Of a DNA stretch of 64,000 bases, positions 60,261 through 64,000 are shown in pieces (positions within the stretch are counted from its first letter, which is position 1; every line of letters starts with the position of its first letter). The notes under the pieces were generated by a model that worked only from the letters and a program-made list of their open reading frames with translations, searched no databases and was not told where the DNA came from. Source of the stretch: an uncultured delta proteobacterium (GTDB lineage: Bacteria; Desulfobacterota; Desulfobacteria; Desulfobacterales; JAHEIW01); NCBI GenBank assembly GCA_963706575.1, contig CAVPNL010000015.1, positions 224,001-288,000 on the forward strand, in the 5' to 3' direction. Position numbers and translations under genes: made by a program.

Positions 60261-60926
60261 TTGAGGAAATTTTATACGATTATATTTTCAATTGTTATTT
60301 TGACTTTTTTGTACTCCCCGGGGCTGGCGTTTGCCGGAAATATCAAAGGGACGGTAAAGGTAAAAGGACTGCGTACGCCTGAAAATATCCTGGTATATCT
60401 GACCAAGGCCCCCCCGAGTGCTGCAGATCTTTCAAAAGTAAAATTCGTTATGGATCAGCGCAACCTGGAATTCGTGCCGCATGTATTGCCGATTCTGGTC
60501 GGTGCCACGGTTGATTTTCCGAATAATGACAAGGTGGATCATAATGTTTTTTCGATGTCGCGCACCAAAAAATTTAACCTGGGAAGTTACCCGGCCGGAG
60601 AGAGCAAATCCATTGTATTCGATAAACCCGGCATTGTGGAGCTGCGCTGTGACGTGCATGCCGAAATGGCCGCCTTTATTCTCGTGATGAAAAACCCTTA
60701 TTTTGCCGTAACCGATAAACAGGGTCATTTTGAAATCCCGAACTCAAACACCCTCGAACAAACCGGTTTGTCCGAGGTAAAGGATTTTGCTGCGGGAAAA
60801 TATTTCGTCAAATCCTGGCATGAGAAATTAAAGACCCAAAAACAGGCGGTCATCGTACCTGAAAATGGCGATGTTACGATTCAACTGGATCTTACCCGGG
60901 GGACGCCCGGTGTCCTATATAAATGA
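60261..60926 (+). CDS. Exported cupredoxin-like (type 1 Cu) protein with carboxypeptidase-regulatory-like domain
   Basis: Signal peptide; DFPNND..HNVFS..LRCDVHAEM; TTG start after AGGAGG. Confidence 0.82.
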   Translation: MRKFYTIIFSIVILTFLYSPGLAFAGNIKGTVKVKGLRTPENILVYLTKAPPSAADLSKVKFVMDQRNLEFVPHVLPILVGATVDFPNNDKVDHNVFSMSRTKKFNLGSYPAGESKSIVFDKPGIVELRCDVHAEMAAFILVMKNPYFAVTDKQGHFEIPNSNTLEQTGLSEVKDFAAGKYFVKSWHEKLKTQKQAVIVPENGDVTIQLDLTRGTPGVLYK

Positions 60927-60945
60927 CGGGTCGGGGTGTTTTCCC

Positions 60946-61018
60946 GTCATTCCCGCGAAGGCGGGAATCCAGCCTTGTCAGCAAAACATTTCTGGATTCC
61001 CGCCTTCGCGGGAATGAC
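60946..61018. repeat. REP-like inverted repeat pair
   Basis: Perfect 27-bp arms GTCATTCCCGCGAAGGCGGGAATCCAG / CTGGATTCCCGCCTTCGCGGGAATGAC. Confidence 0.85.
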
Positions 61019-61135
61019 AAGCTTGGAATGAAAAAACTTTTCAACCCCTGAAATATATAACCATTGGGCACAGTTGAAAGTTCAGTGGTTGCCGATCGAT
61101 GCATGAATTGCAGCCTGAACAAAAGGATATGAAGT

Positions 61136-61873
61136 TTGCCTGATGTTTCAATCTATATGGCGTTTGCCGCCGGTTTGATCTCATTTTTATCTCCATGTGT
61201 CTTGCCCCTGGTGCCGGGATATATTTCCTATATATCCGGCGTCTCCTTTGCAGAGATCGGGGAAAAAGAAGGAAGCACGCCGTTTCTGAGCAAAGAAAAA
61301 CGAATCATTATTTACAGCTCGATCTTCTTTATCATCGGATTTTCCGCGGTTTTTATTTTGCTGGGCGCAACTGCCACCTGGATCGGGGCGTTTATTTCGT
61401 CAAAAACATCCATCCTGACAAAACTGGCGGGACTGCTAATTATTTTTTTCGGTATTTACATGATGGGTCTTATCCGGCCCCGCTTTTTATATAGAGAAGC
61501 CAGATTCCAAATTAAAGATAAACGTTTAGGGTATGTCGGGGCGTTGCTCATCGGGGCCGCCTTTGCTTTTGGCTGGACCCCCTGTATCGGTCCCATTTTG
61601 GCGGGTATTTTAACCTATGCCGGCACCCTGGAGAAGGTAAACCAGGGGGTTTTTCTTCTCTTAATATATTCCCTGGGGCTGGGGATTCCGTTTTTAGTGA
61701 CGGCTATCGGCATAAACCAGTTTTGGAGATTTTTTAATCGGATCAAGAAATACATGCGGCTTCTGGAAGTCACCAGCGGTGCTATCATGGTCATTTTAGG
61801 TTTCATGATTTTTACCAATAAGCTTGTATTAATTCCAGCTTATCTGCCGTTTTTAAATAAGTTTGCATGGTAG
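61136..61873 (+). CDS. ccdA: Cytochrome c biogenesis protein CcdA
   Basis: SFLSPCVLPLVP and FGWTPCIGPIL; 6 TM helices. Confidence 0.93.
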   Translation: MPDVSIYMAFAAGLISFLSPCVLPLVPGYISYISGVSFAEIGEKEGSTPFLSKEKRIIIYSSIFFIIGFSAVFILLGATATWIGAFISSKTSILTKLAGLLIIFFGIYMMGLIRPRFLYREARFQIKDKRLGYVGALLIGAAFAFGWTPCIGPILAGILTYAGTLEKVNQGVFLLLIYSLGLGIPFLVTAIGINQFWRFFNRIKKYMRLLEVTSGAIMVILGFMIFTNKLVLIPAYLPFLNKFAW

Positions 61874-61904
61874 CCTGCAATAAATTCACCCTTAACACAA
61901 AGAA

Positions 61905-62522
61905 ATGATGAAAAAAAAATCAACCTTTAAAGCATTTCTATTATTTCTGATCCTGCCCGTTTTGGGATTGGTTGCATTCAGTTTTTTGGAAATTGATCTT
62001 TTTGCAAAAACCGAAACCCAGGAACTGGACCGGCTATTTCGTGATATGGGCGTGCTTGGATTTCCCTTTCCTACCGATCCTGTTGAAATTACGCTAAAAG
62101 ACCTAAACGGGCAGCAGGTCAGCCTTTCCGATTTTCGGGGCAAAATTGTGTTTATTAATTTTTGGACGACCTGGTGTCTGGCCTGCGTTATTGAAATGCC
62201 GTCGATGGAGAAATTACATCAGAAGTTTAAAGATAAAGATTTTGTAATGGTAGCCATAAATTTACAGGAATCAGCCTCAAAGATAAAACAATTTTACAAG
62301 GAATATAAGCTGACGTTCACAACCCTTTTGGACTCGACCGGCGATGTCGGTGCCGGGTTGGCAATACGCTCCATACCCACAACCTTTATTCTCGATAAGA
62401 ACGGGAGAATACTCGGCAAAGCTTTAGGACCGCGAGAGTGGGAAGGTAGAAAATCAATCGCTTTGTTTGAGTACCTGACGGACAGCTATGTTGCCAGCTC
62501 AAACTCGAGATCAACAAACTGA
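61905..62522 (+). CDS. TlpA/ResA-family thiol-disulfide oxidoreductase
   Basis: N-terminal TM; FINFWTTWCLACVIEMP; SIPTTFILD; GPREW. Confidence 0.9.
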   Translation: MMKKKSTFKAFLLFLILPVLGLVAFSFLEIDLFAKTETQELDRLFRDMGVLGFPFPTDPVEITLKDLNGQQVSLSDFRGKIVFINFWTTWCLACVIEMPSMEKLHQKFKDKDFVMVAINLQESASKIKQFYKEYKLTFTTLLDSTGDVGAGLAIRSIPTTFILDKNGRILGKALGPREWEGRKSIALFEYLTDSYVASSNSRSTN

Positions 62523-62526
62523 TTTG

Positions 62527-62688
62527 AGTGTTGTGTCCCCGAAATATTGTCAAAAATATTTTTAAGTACTGAGGCATGCTATCCAACCGTCATTCCGGCG
62601 CAGGCGGGAATCCAGGCGTCTTTGATCTGGACTCCCGCCTGCGCGGGAGTGACAATCATTTTGTAACTTATTTGTAGGACGCAACACT
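62527..62688. mobile_element. MITE-like element containing a REP pair
   Basis: Imperfect 20-bp terminal IR AGTGTTGTGTCCCCGAAATA / TATTTGTAGGACGCAACACT; internal REP pair 62589-62653 related to 60946-61018. Confidence 0.6.
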
Positions 62689-62720
62689 TGCATGCATTGC
62701 AGAAGTGATGACTGGAAAAA

Positions 62721-64000
62721 ATGGACAGAAAAAAAGCCTGGATTTTAATTATTTTGACTTTGGTCGTGGCAGTGGTCGTTCCGCTGTCTTTTCAATTATT
62801 CCCCAGCGAGATCCGCACCCACACCCTTTCACTGGAGGCCAAAAAGTACGGATATTCCCCATCAAGGATCATTGTAAATAAAGGCGATAAGATTGTTTTA
62901 AAACCCACCTCCCTTGATGCCACCCACGGTTTCCTGCTGGATGGACACCCGATTGAATTTATCATGAGAAAAGGCGCGGCCTTTCTCAAGTACACCTGGG
63001 AAGACGAGGGCGGCAAGCTTCAGGCAGACTGGGACAGGGTTTCTGAAGTCGAATTTGTGGCGGATAAAGCCGGCAAATTCACTTTTCGCTGCACCCAGAC
63101 CTGCGGAAACCTTCATCCTTTTATGACCGGCGAGTTGATTGTAAGGCCCAATACACCTTATTATCTTTTTATTTCCCTATCCATCTGGCTGGTGTTCAGC
63201 TTACTGGTCTATTTCCGAACGGATACCGGTTTTCGCTTTTCAGGCTTTCAACACATCAATCTTCTGGAAAAATTACCGTGGCTTAAAAAAATGGTAAAGC
63301 TACGCAGTTTTCAATTTCTGATTATTCTGCCCAATTTTGTCGTTTTTTATCTTTTCATTCTCAGCAGCCTTTGGGGCAGTCCGGTGGGTAACCGTAACAT
63401 TGCGATTATCTTTGTCTGGATTCTGTGGTGGTTTGTACTCAAGGCAATTATCGTTCCGCTGGGCGGCAGGATCTGGTGTATGGTATGCCCGTTGCCAGCA
63501 CCCGCCGAGTGGCTGAGTCGCAAAAGCTTCACAGCGGTTCGTTATATCGGGCAGCCTTTTAAAACGCTGCACCATCGGTTCCTCGGGTTGCAAAAGGACT
63601 GGCCCAAATTAATGGACAACATCTGGCTGCAAAATATCCTGTTTCTGGCGCTGATTTCTTTCGGTATTATTCTCATCACCCGACCGATAGCCACGGCATT
63701 GCTGTTTCTGATTATCCTGGTTGTGAGTTTGATGCTTGCGCTGATTTACCGGCGCCGGGTTTTTTGTCAGTACCTGTGTCCGGTGGGCGGATTTCTGGGC
63801 ACCTACTCCATGGCTTCGATGACCGAGCTCAGGGCTGTTGATTTTGATATGTGCAGAACACACAAAGAAAAGTCATGCTATGCCGGCGGGCCCGGCGGAT
63901 GGGCCTGTCCCTGGAAACAATATATCGGTACCATGAAGCGCAACAACTATTGCGGGTTATGCACGGAGTGCATTAAGAGCTGTCCCAAAGATAACGTTGG
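62721..64000 (+). CDS. CuA domain fused to a NapH/MauN/CcoG-like membrane 4Fe-4S protein (3' end outside window)
   Basis: Manual translation: MDRKKAW..TM..DATHGF..CTQTCGNLHPFM, several TM helices, GRIWCMVCP, FCQYLCPVGG, CPW, CGLCTECIKSCP; missing from the ORF track because there is no stop in the window. Confidence 0.85.
   Translation, partial: MDRKKAWILIILTLVVAVVVPLSFQLFPSEIRTHTLSLEAKKYGYSPSRIIVNKGDKIVLKPTSLDATHGFLLDGHPIEFIMRKGAAFLKYTWEDEGGKLQADWDRVSEVEFVADKAGKFTFRCTQTCGNLHPFMTGELIVRPNTPYYLFISLSIWLVFSLLVYFRTDTGFRFSGFQHINLLEKLPWLKKMVKLRSFQFLIILPNFVVFYLFILSSLWGSPVGNRNIAIIFVWILWWFVLKAIIVPLGGRIWCMVCPLPAPAEWLSRKSFTAVRYIGQPFKTLHHRFLGLQKDWPKLMDNIWLQNILFLALISFGIILITRPIATALLFLIILVVSLMLALIYRRRVFCQYLCPVGGFLGTYSMASMTELRAVDFDMCRTHKEKSCYAGGPGGWACPWKQYIGTMKRNNYCGLCTECIKSCPKDNV

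Noticed and set aside
61905..62522. Second selenoprotein in TlpA
   Set aside because: The CLAC motif is encoded by TGT and TGC; no in-frame TGA

Overview
A 64-kb gene-dense bacterial window. The gene content (HdrABC-like genes, TAXI, DRTGG, sigma54 promoters, adenylate cyclase-TolB-TPR) suggests Desulfobacterota, probably Desulfobacterales; this is inferred, not searched. Left half: ubiE/menG, methyltransferase, acyl-CoA ligase, a lone integron-type gene cassette, a fumC-CxxC-ubiA-cytochrome b5 operon, an RND pump, sucAB-lpdA, cysEK, Rrf2, and SQR-DUF1641. Middle: a two-component pair, then a membrane NarI-like/c-heme/2xHdrC fusion, HdrB, a selenocysteine HdrA (in-frame TGA plus SECIS, truncated in the ORF track) and an FrhB-family gene. 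After that come a frameshift-rich stretch (probably assembly indels), cydAB with a small ORF, an adenylate cyclase and vapBC. Right third: a copper/redox island with three sigma54 promoters, two of which share paired upstream palindromes. It encodes two multicopper oxidases, TolC, and a cluster of a CuA protein, a five-CxxCH cytochrome, a cupredoxin, CcdA, TlpA and a CuA-NapH-like fusion that runs off the window. Intergenic DNA holds REP doublets, MITE-like elements, inverted arrays of 7-9-mers and a candidate sRNA. I saw no tRNA, rRNA, CRISPR or transposase. All calls come from motif reading only; no database searches were run.
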